The notes under the pieces were generated by a model. It ran no database searches, had not been told where the DNA came from, and worked only from the letters and a program-made list of their open reading frames with translations. Shown here piece by piece: positions 1 through 11,421 of a DNA stretch of 64,000 bases. The stretch is from assembly GCA_964016885.1 (NCBI GenBank), contig OZ024762.1:27590001-27654000 (forward strand), given 5' to 3'. The position numbers and the translations under genes are program-made. Positions within the stretch are counted from its first letter, which is position 1, and each line of letters starts with the position of its first letter. This DNA is from Eledone cirrhosa. Lineage: Eukaryota.

Positions 1-133
<133 letters not shown>

Positions 134-263
134 TAGATAAATCTACCAAAATATACGGTAGTGTCCAATCCGTATGAAGAACTCAATATAATCCAAATAT
201 CATGAAAAGAGAAGATGCATTCAAAACTTTTTGATGAAAATCATAGGAAAACAGAGTCAAGAT

Positions 264-605
264 AAATGAATAAAAACAATGAATAAAAACAAAGAAACAG
301 TTCCTTATATTAAAAAGTTCATCATTCATCGATCGTTTCTACGATATATATGTGTGTGTTGGTATGTATATCATATAGATCTATGTAAAAATGTTACAAA
401 CTATCAGAGGGAATATACAATATTTCTGAATACAGCATATATATGTGTAGGTATGTATATTCCCTCTGATATTTTGTAAAATTTTTACATAGATCTATAT
501 GATATACATACCAACGTACACATATATATCCTAGAGACGACGTAAAATGATGAATTTTTTTAATATAAGGAACTGTTTCTTTGTTTTTATTCATTTGTTT
601 TTATT
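264..605. repeat. Fold-back inverted repeat, ~150 bp arms (264-419 / 454-605), ~34 nt loop
   Basis: atcagagggaatataca (403-419) vs tgtatattccctctgat (454-470); ORFs 279+ and 594- share the N-terminus MNKNKETVPYIKK. Confidence 0.85.
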
Positions 606-630
606 AATTTATATATATATATATATATAT

Positions 631-686
631 TACTCTTTTACCTGTTTTAGCCATCCGGCTGAGGCCATGCTGGGGCACCGCCCTTG
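631..686 (-). mobile_element. Very short 3' tail copy of the CR1/L2-type LINE at 59381-63180 (or a SINE sharing that tail)
   Basis: Reverse complement matches caagggcggtgcccagcatggcctc..ccggatggct..aacaggtaaaagagta at about 63118-63173. Confidence 0.8.
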
Positions 687-746
687 GTATATATATATAT
701 ACATACATGTATATATGCATATATATATATGAATGTATATATATAG

Positions 747-951
747 TATATTTGGCAATATACTGTATACTTAATTAAAAACATTTTGAAGACCTTTTAA
801 AGTAGTGACTATGTCACTTACTTCTTTTTTTCAACAAACGAAGGGAGATAAGCTGACAGATCTCTGTTTCGTACTAGTTGGTATTCATCAGAGCCTAGCA
901 CTCGCCTTTGTAAATGTTTTTAATTAAGCATACAGTATATTGCCAAATATT
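747..951 (-). mobile_element. Short non-autonomous hammerhead-bearing element with inverted tail (747-786 / 912-951)
   Basis: IR tatttggcaatatactgtatacttaattaaaaacattt encloses an HHR; a partial sister copy lies at 2325-2437. Confidence 0.65.
849..897 (-). ncRNA. Hammerhead ribozyme (type I)
   Basis: Minus strand: taggct CTGATGA atac-caacta-gtac GAAA caga-ga-tctg TC agctta; GUC site; first stem II pair mismatched. Confidence 0.7.
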
Positions 952-1074
952 GGCTGGTTGGGTGGTTCTTGAGTTTTAGTAATATAGATGACCGTATGTG
1001 ACAAGGCTAACGCCAGTTATGCTAGCCAATGAGAATAAGTTAATGGCAGGTACCTTAATTTAACGACAGTACAG

Positions 1075-1325
1075 TTGACTGATGAAATGACAAGTCAGTC
1101 AATCATATTGGTAGTCTTCCCACAGTCCCGGCGGACAGAATGGAGAAGACGTTTCATCGGAGAAGACGTTTCATCGGCAAGGGCGACGCTCTGGAAAAGC
1201 CATTCCAACTCGCGAGGGCCACACCTGCGGCTGGCCAGTTCAGCGCCTATGGTGGTGAGTAGGGAGGTAGCCCTAGGGCCGAGGACACCACAAGTCTCCA
1301 CTGCCAATGGTACGACGGTAAACCT
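1075..1325 (-). mobile_element. CRE-clade (RLE) non-LTR retrotransposon 3' fragment
   Basis: AVETCGVLGPRATSLLTTIGAELASRRCGPRELEWLFQSVALA resembles the CRE/SLACS C-terminus; a 17-bp tandem duplication at 1142-1175. Confidence 0.65.
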
Positions 1326-1334
1326 GTCGGAGAG

Positions 1335-1500
1335 CGACCAGTATTTGGAGAACAGCTGTTGCTGGTATTCATTTTCACCTGATTATATTGGAGCAACATG
1401 AAAGGAAGTGTTTTGCTCAAGAACACAACACGCAACCCGGCCCAAGAATCGAATTATGATCGTAAGTCCAACACCCTTACCTCTAAGCCACACACCTTCA
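1335..1500 (-). mobile_element. tRNA-derived SINE (family 2), degenerate
   Basis: Reverse complement has a gtgtggcttagaggtaagg..ttcgattc head and a gtgttcttgagcaaaacactt core like 21572-21785. Confidence 0.65.
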
Positions 1501-1774
1501 CTGATAGCACATAGCTTCATTACACAGTTTATAATAGTATATTTGTACCTATAATCATTAGTACTCTTGGCTATGTACCTATGTATTTAGCAAATATTTT
1601 TAGAAAATCTGGGAATTCAGACAAAGAAAATATACTGCTAATAAGCACTATAGAAACTGAATTTGTAAAATTCAGCATGAGACTTTTTATTGCACTGGTT
1701 AAATAAAACCCATTCTTTCTCCGTTAGAAATCCACTTCGTTTTTATAGACAGATTTAGAAAAGAACGTATGTAT

Positions 1775-2275
<501 letters not shown>

Positions 2276-2324
2276 TTAGAATTGGTGCTCTGAAATAGCG
2301 ATATATATATATGAATGTATATAT

Positions 2325-2437
2325 AGTGTATTTTGCAATACACTGTATGCTTAATTAATAGCATTTCGAAGACCTTACGCTATTGTTTTAGGGTAGTGAC
2401 AGTCTCACTTACTTTAATTTTCAGTAAACAGGGAGAT
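2325..2437 (-). mobile_element. Partial copy of the 747-951 element, lacking the HHR
   Basis: ttttgcaatacactgtatgcttaatt...gaagacctt...gtagtgac...cacttactt...gggagata matches 750-850. Confidence 0.65.
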
Positions 2438-3164
2438 ATATATATAGGTAACGTGAAACTCTCAGTAATGATACAAGAAGCTTTAGGCTTGTAATATAAG
2501 ACAGACAGACAGTTCACTTTTTACTGGGTTTTTAAATACTAATACCCGTCAATCAATATATATATATATATATATAAATATAAATTCAGCAAGAATCGTA
2601 TTTCGGCGGGTAGAAAAAGCGAAACGAAACGCAAAATCGTAGATATGCTGGCAAGCGCTCCAATAGTTAAAAAACTAGAGCTAAACATATGTTAAAACGC
2701 CATACAAACTGAAAAAGTGGTCTAGAAGGCATTAACCACCTAAGCCAAAAAACAATTCAAGCTAAGCAGGTCAAACAAAATAAATGATAAAAACAGACCT
2801 AGACCCAATATATATATATAGAGAGAGAGAGAGAGTGAGAGAGAAAGAGAGAGAGAGACAGACAAACAGACTGTCACGTGACTGACAGACATTGCCGGAC
2901 GGAGAGGAAATTAATTTCTAAATTCCATGTTTATTTCAGTAATGATTCTATCTATTTTTTTTTACCTTTTATTTTTATGTTTATTTTATTTTATTTTAAT
3001 TTTTATTTTATTTTATTTTTATTATTTTTTTCTCTTTATCTCCTTTCAACAGGAGATGCGACATAGTTGTTTCCCTTGCCTAAGCACTTAGATACATAGC
3101 AAACATCTCTGTCTCATCTGTCAGCATCTTATATATACACGCACACACACATATATATATAAAT

Positions 3165-3552
3165 ATAGTGGTGGAACACTGGAAGGTAATATCCGTAGTG
3201 GTAGAGCACTCAGTCCAAGGGATGAGTTAGGTGAAAAATTCACACGTTGTCCACACGTCACCAAATATCTATTGCATAGCTACGAGGCTCCGGACTGATT
3301 CTTTGTAATTTTATTTTTAATTTTTTTAAATTTCATTTTCAACCTAAAAACTTTCTGGACTTTCGCAGTTATCTCCCTTACAACTCCCGCACGCAGTCTA
3401 GTATTGCCTGTGTGAAGTGACCGAGTTTCTGCGCATGCGCGTTCGTACGGTTGTCCTTCCTGTTCCTATAACCATACACATCCCGAGCTGAAGATCCGCG
3501 AAGGTGAAACAATTGTTCTCGGTATGGTAAACTAACTGTTGTGTAACCACTT
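3165..3552 (+). mobile_element. Hammerhead-bearing pLTR-like element with inverted 5' tail (3165-3232)
   Basis: 3165-3232 is the reverse complement of 36446-36513, which follows the same HHR family directly at 36375; flanked by (TA)n. Confidence 0.7.
3483..3522 (+). ncRNA. Minimal hammerhead ribozyme
   Basis: ccgag CTGAAGA tccgcgaaggt GAAA caattg TT ctcgg; stem I extended by accatac/gtatggt. Confidence 0.8.
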
Positions 3553-3784
3553 ATATTTATATATATATATTTCGTTTCTGAATTTATTTAGCAAGATTCT
3601 TTATCTGAAAACGTGTGTTGAAACCGATATTGTTATACTTTGGGTGGGTCATGTTGCCAATAAGAAACACACGCACCAGTTACTTTCACTTCAATTTATT
3701 ATAATAAATTTATAAATTTAGGAATTTATAAATTTCCGGTTGGTTGGTTGGTTGGTTCCACAACCAGATAGCTGTTTATATATT

Positions 3785-3827
3785 GTCAAAGTTCTTTCAT
3801 CACACATTCTGTGACCTCTTCAGTGAC
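3785..3827 (-). ncRNA. Minimal hammerhead ribozyme
   Basis: Minus strand: gtca CTGAAGA ggtcacagaatgtgtgat GAAA gaac TT tgac. Confidence 0.7.
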
Positions 3828-3954
3828 TAGGGATTCTTTTCTTTGTTTTTTGTGCCTCTCCTTTGTTCTGTCCTACGCCATCTGTTCTACGCTAAACAAG
3901 ATGGCGTAGAACAGAACAAAGGAGAGGCACAAAAAACAAAGAAAAGAATCCCCA

Positions 3955-3997
3955 GTCACTGAAGAGGTCACAGAATGTGTGACGAAAGAACTTTGAC
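3955..3997 (+). ncRNA. Minimal hammerhead ribozyme
   Basis: gtca CTGAAGA g-gtcaca-gaatg-tgtgac GAAA gaac TT tgac. Confidence 0.75.
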
Positions 3998-4217
3998 AAT
4001 ATATAAACAACCATCTGGTTGTGGAACCAGCCAATCAGAAATTTATAAATTCCTAAATTTATAAATTTATTGTAATAAATTGAAGTGAAAGCAACTGGTG
4101 CGTGTGTTTCTTATTGGCAACATGACCCTCCCAAAGTATAACAATATCGGTTTCAACACACGTTTTCAGATAAAGAATCTTGCTAAGCAAATTCAGAAAC
4201 GATATATATATATATAT

Positions 4218-4982
<765 letters not shown>

Positions 4983-5097
4983 AGTGGAAGCTTAGTAAAA
5001 TCGAAGCTTTGGCTGTGGGCAAGCAAAGTTGACCTACAATAGGAATAATGTCTGGTGGGTATTTATGTATGTATATCGCTTTCTCTCTCTGTATATA

Positions 5098-5126
<29 letters not shown>

Positions 5127-5130
<4 letters not shown>

Positions 5131-6403
5131 AGTTGCATTTATCTTGCTTTACGTTCATACGAGTTATCACCAAGTCACAACCAGTGACCTCAAGAGACAA
5201 CAAGGTCCGCCATGTTCAAGAAAGAACATACATACTCACACATGCATCTTTAGTGTTTAGACTTGTGATGTACTTATATTGACAGAATCTTCCTTAGTAT
5301 ATGGGCAGTTCCCATTAGTACTATCTTTTGTATTTCTCCTATACGCGGGTTTCCTGGGATTTGCGATAAGTAATCATTAGACCCCTTAGGTATCATTCCC
5401 AGAGCGCCCACAACCACTGGTATTGTTTTAGTTCTCAATTTCCACATTTTTCCAATTTCTATCTCCAGGTCCTTATACTTGCTCAATTTTTCAAATGTTT
5501 TTATAGATACATTCTTGTCTATTGGAACGGACATATCAATTAGCAGGCATACCCTCTTTTTAAAGTCCTTCAATATTATATCAGGTCTATTTGCATCTAT
5601 TTTTCGGTCTGTTTGGATGCTAAAGTTCCACAAGATTGAGATGTGATCTTTTTCAAGTATGGGAGGTGGTTGATGCTCCCACCAATTCTTTTGATGAGGC
5701 AGGTCAAAATGCTTACACATTATCCAATGTATGTATTGTGCAGCTCTGTCATGCCTATTTAGGTATTCGGTTGGAGCTATAGGACTGCACATTGAAATTA
5801 TGTGGCCAATAGTCTCTGGTTGTTTTTTGCACACACGGCATAATGGGCTGCATCCATTTTTTATTATGTTGGCTTGGTAATTTTTTGTTGGTAGACACTG
5901 ATCTTGTGCTGATATAATCAGTCCTTCAGTCTCCGATTTCAGTCCAGAGGATGCCAACCACTGATGGGTTAAAGTTTTGTCAATAATCAGGATTGTTAGC
6001 TCGTTCTGGGTATTTTCCATACAGAGGCCTTTCTTGCCATTTCTTAGCCAGTTTCTGTAGCAGTTCTTTCTTTGCAGTTACTTTTACCTGCTTTGCTTTT
6101 TCTGTGTTTTCCATTTCAGCAGTAAATGGGACTTCTGAAATGTGTAGTCCATTACTGTATCTTTGTGCATCTTTTGTAATGGAATATGATCTTTTGATGC
6201 TTTCGTGTTTCAAAACGAGTTTGATCATCCAATCATGTGATTCCCTTAGATATGTAGATAATCCAATTGTTGCAGTTTTCAACGCAATGTCTAACTGGAC
6301 TAACCCACGTCCTCCTTCTTTCCTAGGGAGATATATTCTATCTATATCTGCCTTAGGGTGATGCATTCTGTGCATGGTTAAGAATTTTCGAATTTTTGTA
6401 TCG
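5127..6403 (-). mobile_element. 5'-truncated R4/Dong-clade RLE non-LTR retrotransposon (family B), frameshifted
   Basis: ORFs 5980-6375 (DRIYLPRKEGGRGL) and 5274-6020 (CRVC..ETIGHIISMC, RHD, RPDIIL..LIDMSVP..K..KY); (ATT)n on both sides. Confidence 0.9.
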
Positions 6404-6509
6404 TTATTATTATTATTATTATTATTGTTGTTATTCCTTGAATCTCAGTCATTGATGTTGGTTAACTGGAAAGTCCGTTGGATTGAATATCAAGCCACTA
6501 CCTGCAGCC

Positions 6510-9500
6510 TCAGATATTCAGGACGTATCGGAGGGTTCTTGCCGTTCCAAGCAAGCATGCCTTTTGAAGCGTTCCAAAAAGCGTGAAGGGGCCGATTTTC
6601 TTTAACCATCCCTGGAAACCTTTGGAGATAGTCCCCAGTGCGCCTATGACAATCGGGATCACTTTGACTTCATGGCAGTTCCAAATCCTTTTCACCTCCC
6701 ACTTTAGGTCCTGGTATCGGTTAATTTTCTCCCTCTCCTTCTCTTGCACTCTCGTGTCGAACGGGCAGGCCACATCCACAATCAGGCACGATCTTTTTTC
6801 TTTGTCCACAACCACCAGGTCAGGTCTATTGTGTTCCAGTTTTTTGTCCGTCTGTATCCTAAAATCCCACAGCACCTTCACCTGACTGTTCTCCATCACC
6901 GCCTCTGGCCTATGCTCATACCATTTCTCAGAATGTGGTAGATTGTTTACTTTGCACAGGTGCCAGTGGATCACCCTGCCCATCACATCGTGTCTCCAGC
7001 CCTTATAGTGGGTCTGGGCTAGGTGTTTACACTCGGACACAATGTGAGCCACAGTCTCCTCTCTCTCTCCACAGATCCTGCACAGTGGGCTAGCCTCCTC
7101 CTTGTAGATATGGTGCTTCAACCACTTCGTTTTGAGGGCCTGCTCCTGCGCAGCCATTAGCATTCCTTCTGTAGCCTTTTTGAGGTCTCCTCTTCTCAAC
7201 CAGTTCCATGTCTGTGGATCTCTAAATTCAGTTTTCTCAAAGAAGGTACTATGAAGGGATTTTCCCTTAAGGCTGCTCTTCCTCCTTGATGTTATTTCCT
7301 CCTTGGGTATCCCCTGGCCTACTGTCCCCTCCTTCAGTACAGCTCTGAGCATTGGCTCCTTACTATAGGTCACGTATTTGTATAGGTTGTTTTTCTCCAT
7401 CTGAACACAGTCCTCTATGCTGATAAGACCTCTTCCACCCTCAGATCTCCTTAGGTAGAGTCTATCGACATCACTCCTCTTGTGGAACATGTTGTAGATA
7501 GTCAATAGCTTCCTAGTCTTCCTATCCATTTCTTTTTGTTCAGCAACATTCCATCTCAGAATTCCCGCACTGTACCTAATAATAGACACAGCTCGGGAAT
7601 TTACTGCGCTTATGGCATTTCTGCTGTTCAGATGTGACTTCAATACGCTCCTTACTCTCCGAATGTATTCAGTTCTTAACAATTCCTTCATTTTTTTGTT
7701 CTTTATGCCATCAGCCTCCAGAACGCCCAAATACTTGTATCCTTCCTCAGAGTCAATTTCCTTTATCATCTCACCTGTTGGTATCTGGATCCCGTTACTT
7801 CTGCTCAACCTACCCCTCCTCATCACAATGACTCCACATTTACCAATACCAAACTGCATACATATATCACTGCTGAAAATACGGACAGTGTCAACAAGCA
7901 CATCCAACTCCTTCTCACTTTTCCCGAAGAGCTTAAGATCGTCCATGAAGAGGAGGTGATTGATGGTAAGCTCTCCCCTTCCCAACTTGTATCCTGCTCT
8001 CACTTTTCGCAGCATAATGGTCAAGGGCATCAGGGCAAGGACAAACAACAGAGGGGACAGGCTATCTCCCTGGAAGATACCTCTCTTGATCTTCACGCTT
8101 CCCAAGGATACTCCAGTTGATGTCAACTCTGTCTCCCAGGACCCCATACTCCTGCCCAGCAACTGTCTGATGTTATCTGCCACCCTGAAGATCTCCAGGC
8201 TTTTGGTGATCCAGGAATGAGGCACCATGTCAAATGCCTTTCTGTAGTCTATCCATCCCATGGCAAGATCAGTGTGTCTCCTCCTGCAATTCCCCATTAC
8301 CATCTTATCAATAAGCAACTGGTCCTTTGTACCACGTGACTTCTTTCGGCATCCTTTCTGTTCGTCCGGCAACAAGTTGTTTGTGTGGAGGTGATGGTAG
8401 ATTTCCTCAGACACAATGCTCGTCAACAGTTTCCACATTACGGGCAGACATGTGATAGGTCTATAGTTGGTAACATCATTACCCTTGATTCGGTCTTTCA
8501 TTATCAGAACTGTGGTACCTTTTGTCAACCACTCTGGCACCTCACCCGACACCAAGCAGTCATTGAACATGGCCGTCAGCTTCGGGTGGAGGGATGTTAA
8601 ATGTTTAATCCAATACCCCTGCACACCATCTGGGCCTGGTGATTTCCAGTTGGTTAGTTTTTTGGCTTGCCCCTTAAGAGTTTCAACTGTGATACTCAAA
8701 TCAGTCTGTTGCTGTGCCTGCTCACCGATCTCCCTCTGTACTGTCTCAATCCACCCTGCCTGGGCATTGTGTCTAACATCCTGCTCCCATATTCCTCTCC
8801 AGAATGTTTTAGCTTGTTCCGCCCCAGGGATCAAGTCGGTGCCTCTTTCTTTCCCCTCAAGCTGTCCAAACAGCATCTTCTGGTTGTTGTCGAACATGCG
8901 GTTCTGTTTATACTGACTGATTCTGTTCTCGTATCGCCTGATTTTGGCACTCTTTGCTACAATGCGTTGCTTCAATTCCTCTATGATAATATTTAGCTTT
9001 TTACTCCTAGTTTTGTATTTTATTTCCAGTCTATTTTTAGTGCCTATGTTTTTTAGTGTCCCATTCAGTAGTGACTCAAGCTTTCCTATGTCATTTCTCA
9101 TTTCCCCGATTTGCCCACTCAGTCGCTTCTTCCACCACGGCTCTGCTCTTTCTTGTCTGTTGTTTCCTCTCGCTTTTATACCAAGTAGTTTCCTCACCGT
9201 ATTTGCTGTTGCTTTGAGGATATTGTTGCACTGGTGAAGACTCCTCGCCTCAAGGTATGGGATGACTTTGTTTACCTTAGCTGTTGTTTCTTTTAACTTT
9301 TTCCTGTCTACAAATCTTAGGTTCATAGGTCTCCCACTATCATTGTTCAACTCATCTACCACTAAATTTAGGATGTCAACCGAATCTTGTCCTAGCCCGT
9401 CAGCATTCATCTCCTCAGTGGCCGTATCTCTGTTCCAGGTATTATTTATCTCAGTATTCAGATCATTGTCTGCTTCGGGTGGTTCCTCCGCTCTCAGGAC

Positions 9501-9902
9501 CTCCTCACCTTCATTTCCCGCCGGCTCGCTTGTCTGGCATACTACACCCGCCATCTCCAAGCCATTCTCTCTGCTCAGTTCCTCCAGTTCCAGCTCGCTT
9601 ATCCACCCATTAGTTCTTATTACCCGAGCCTGCCCGGCCAATTTTTGTTCATCTAATTTAAATAAACCAATCTCGTTCCAGATGTTATGCATCCGTCTCC
9701 TGTAGCCCCTCTCCTTGGGGTTACTTTTCAGGTAGCATTGCATAACAGTTCTATTCAATTCTTTCGTCCAGTTGGTTCTGGCCCCTTTCCTTCTTCTTCT
9801 TCCTCCAACATCAGCAGTATTTCGTTGACAGTCAGGTTCCTGCTGCTGAGCCAGGGGGCACCTGTTGGGTGAGAGTCTGTCACATGACGTTCTAGTCTCC
9901 AT
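6510..9902 (-). CDS. R4/Dong-type polyprotein: N-terminal Myb-like region, reverse transcriptase, CCHC zinc knuckle, restriction-like endonuclease (1130 aa, intact)
   Basis: NWTKELN..CY; KSPGPDG; YRPITCL; WIDYRKAFD; [13 protein letters not shown]; LFMDD; [18 protein letters not shown]; RHD; [15 protein letters not shown]. Confidence 0.95.
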   Translation of the reverse strand: METRTSCDRLSPNRCPLAQQQEPDCQRNTADVGGRRRRKGARTNWTKELNRTVMQCYLKSNPKERGYRRRMHNIWNEIGLFKLDEQKLAGQARVIRTNGWISELELEELSRENGLEMAGVVCQTSEPAGNEGEEVLRAEEPPEADNDLNTEINNTWNRDTATEEMNADGLGQDSVDILNLVVDELNNDSGRPMNLRFVDRKKLKETTAKVNKVIPYLEARSLHQCNNILKATANTVRKLLGIKARGNNRQERAEPWWKKRLSGQIGEMRNDIGKLESLLNGTLKNIGTKNRLEIKYKTRSKKLNIIIEELKQRIVAKSAKIRRYENRISQYKQNRMFDNNQKMLFGQLEGKERGTDLIPGAEQAKTFWRGIWEQDVRHNAQAGWIETVQREIGEQAQQQTDLSITVETLKGQAKKLTNWKSPGPDGVQGYWIKHLTSLHPKLTAMFNDCLVSGEVPEWLTKGTTVLIMKDRIKGNDVTNYRPITCLPVMWKLLTSIVSEEIYHHLHTNNLLPDEQKGCRKKSRGTKDQLLIDKMVMGNCRRRHTDLAMGWIDYRKAFDMVPHSWITKSLEIFRVADNIRQLLGRSMGSWETELTSTGVSLGSVKIKRGIFQGDSLSPLLFVLALMPLTIMLRKVRAGYKLGRGELTINHLLFMDDLKLFGKSEKELDVLVDTVRIFSSDICMQFGIGKCGVIVMRRGRLSRSNGIQIPTGEMIKEIDSEEGYKYLGVLEADGIKNKKMKELLRTEYIRRVRSVLKSHLNSRNAISAVNSRAVSIIRYSAGILRWNVAEQKEMDRKTRKLLTIYNMFHKRSDVDRLYLRRSEGGRGLISIEDCVQMEKNNLYKYVTYSKEPMLRAVLKEGTVGQGIPKEEITSRRKSSLKGKSLHSTFFEKTEFRDPQTWNWLRRGDLKKATEGMLMAAQEQALKTKWLKHHIYKEEASPLCRICGEREETVAHIVSECKHLAQTHYKGWRHDVMGRVIHWHLCKVNNLPHSEKWYEHRPEAVMENSQVKVLWDFRIQTDKKLEHNRPDLVVVDKEKRSCLIVDVACPFDTRVQEKEREKINRYQDLKWEVKRIWNCHEVKVIPIVIGALGTISKGFQGWLKKIGPFTLFGTLQKACLLGTARTLRYVLNI

Positions 9903-10471
9903 TTCACCGTTATTCGAACTGTTTATGTTCGATATTTAAACACTCTTATCGAGGATTGGCGAATGTATGTTTACATAGCCATCTGTGGATCCGCCATCCC
10001 ACTTGGCCCTTGTGTGGCATTATCACCACGCTGTATACGGACACACATAAACCAACAAACACACGGGCAGAAAGGGCCCCAAAAATGAATAAGCATAAGT
10101 TTCATTGTAATGTAGTATTCGAATGTCTGACTTAGTTTTTGTTTTTTAAGTTTTACTTTTTCCCCCCTCTTCTCTGTCCGTCCGCCTGCTTCTCTCTTCA
10201 TTCTTATTTTCTTTACGTTTTTGGGGTTTCTTTTTTTGTTTTTGTTTTTCTCTGTTTTTCTCGTTTTTTACTGTTGTTGCTGTGCTGCTTTTGTTGTTTG
10301 TTTTTTCTTTTTTCTTTTGAGTCTATCTATATATTTTGATGCCTTCCTCTTTGTTGGTAGTAGGAATTCTATAATGTGGAAGTGGTAGCCAGCAGAGACT
10401 AGCGGCGTTGGCGATACTGAGACAGTGGTGGCGGTGATGTCGATACCGAGGCAGTGGTGGCGGTGATGCGA

Positions 10472-11117
10472 CCGTATTACTGTAGTGATGGTGCTGTAGC
10501 GGTGGCAGCAGCAGTGAAGGAGTCAGGGGGTGGTGGCGGCGGTGATGGGATAGTGGTGGTAATGATGGCCGTAGTGAGCGGTGGCGGTGAAGGTGAAAAT
10601 GCTGTTGTGTTTAGTGTACACAGATGATGGGGTGGGTGGTGTATCTAGTTTCTGGTGTTGGTGAGTTTCGCTGTCCTATATAGTGTAGCCAGAGGAGAGG
10701 AGGGGGGGGGGGTTCTTCTTCTTCCATTTATAGCCATTTTATTTTTTTTTTTTTGGATATACAGTGTACAATACAAAGTTGAATATTTGAATATTTGAGC
10801 CGTATTACTGTAGTGATGGTGCTGTAGCGGTGGCAGCAGCAGTGAAGGAGTCAAGGGGTGGTGGCGGCGGTGATGGGATAGTGGTGGTAATGATGGCCGT
10901 AGTGAGCGGTGGCGGTGAAGGTGAAAATGCTGTTGTGTTTAGTGTACACAGATGATGGGGTGGGCGGTGTATCTAGTTTCTGGTGTTGGTGAGTTTAGCT
11001 GTCCTATATAGTGTAGCCAGAGGAGAGGAGGAGGGGGTTCTTCTTCTTCCATTTATAGCCATTTTTTTTTGGATATACAGTGTACAATACAAAGTTGAAT
11101 ATTTGAATATTTGAGCC
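10472..11117. repeat. ~328-bp tandem duplication in the 5' UTR of copy 1
   Basis: ccgtattactgtagtgatggtgctgtagc starts at both 10472 and 10800. Confidence 0.9.
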
Positions 11118-11282
11118 TTATAACAATATATTTTGGGTCCGAATTTTTTGGGGCTCAAGCCGGGTGCTTTACGTAGCATTTGTACTAAGAGTTGTTATTT
11201 CACAAATGATTTAAATATGTTAAAAATTCAAAACTTACGGGAGCGATTTCATGACCTCCGTCACCTCGTGCGTCTTCTTCCC

Positions 11283-11338
<56 letters not shown>

Positions 11339-11421
11339 GTTATTACTCTTTGAGTCTCAGTCATTGATGTTAGTTAACTGGAAAGTTTGTTGAGATGAAT
11401 ATCAAGCCACTACCTGCAGCC

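Larger units (their letters stand above)
3572..4202. mobile_element. Palindromic double-hammerhead element (arms ~310 bp, loop ~15 nt at 3884-3898)
   Basis: Arms are near-perfect reverse complements, flanked by (TA)n; same family at 54162-54723. Confidence 0.85.
6432..11282 (-). mobile_element. Full-length R4/Dong-clade non-LTR retrotransposon (family A, copy 1)
   Basis: ~1.4 kb 5' UTR starting GGGAAGAAGAC, single ORF, ~80 nt 3' UTR, inserted in (TAA)n. Confidence 0.93.

Noticed and set aside
1075-1105. CTGATGA within the ttgactga/tcagtcaa hairpin
   Set aside because: No GAAA/UH half; simple hairpin near the CRE 3' end
6583-9872. Plus-strand ORFs overlapping the Dong ORF (also 11656-14574)
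   Set aside because: Antisense shadows of the RT-RLE frame with no recognisable motifs
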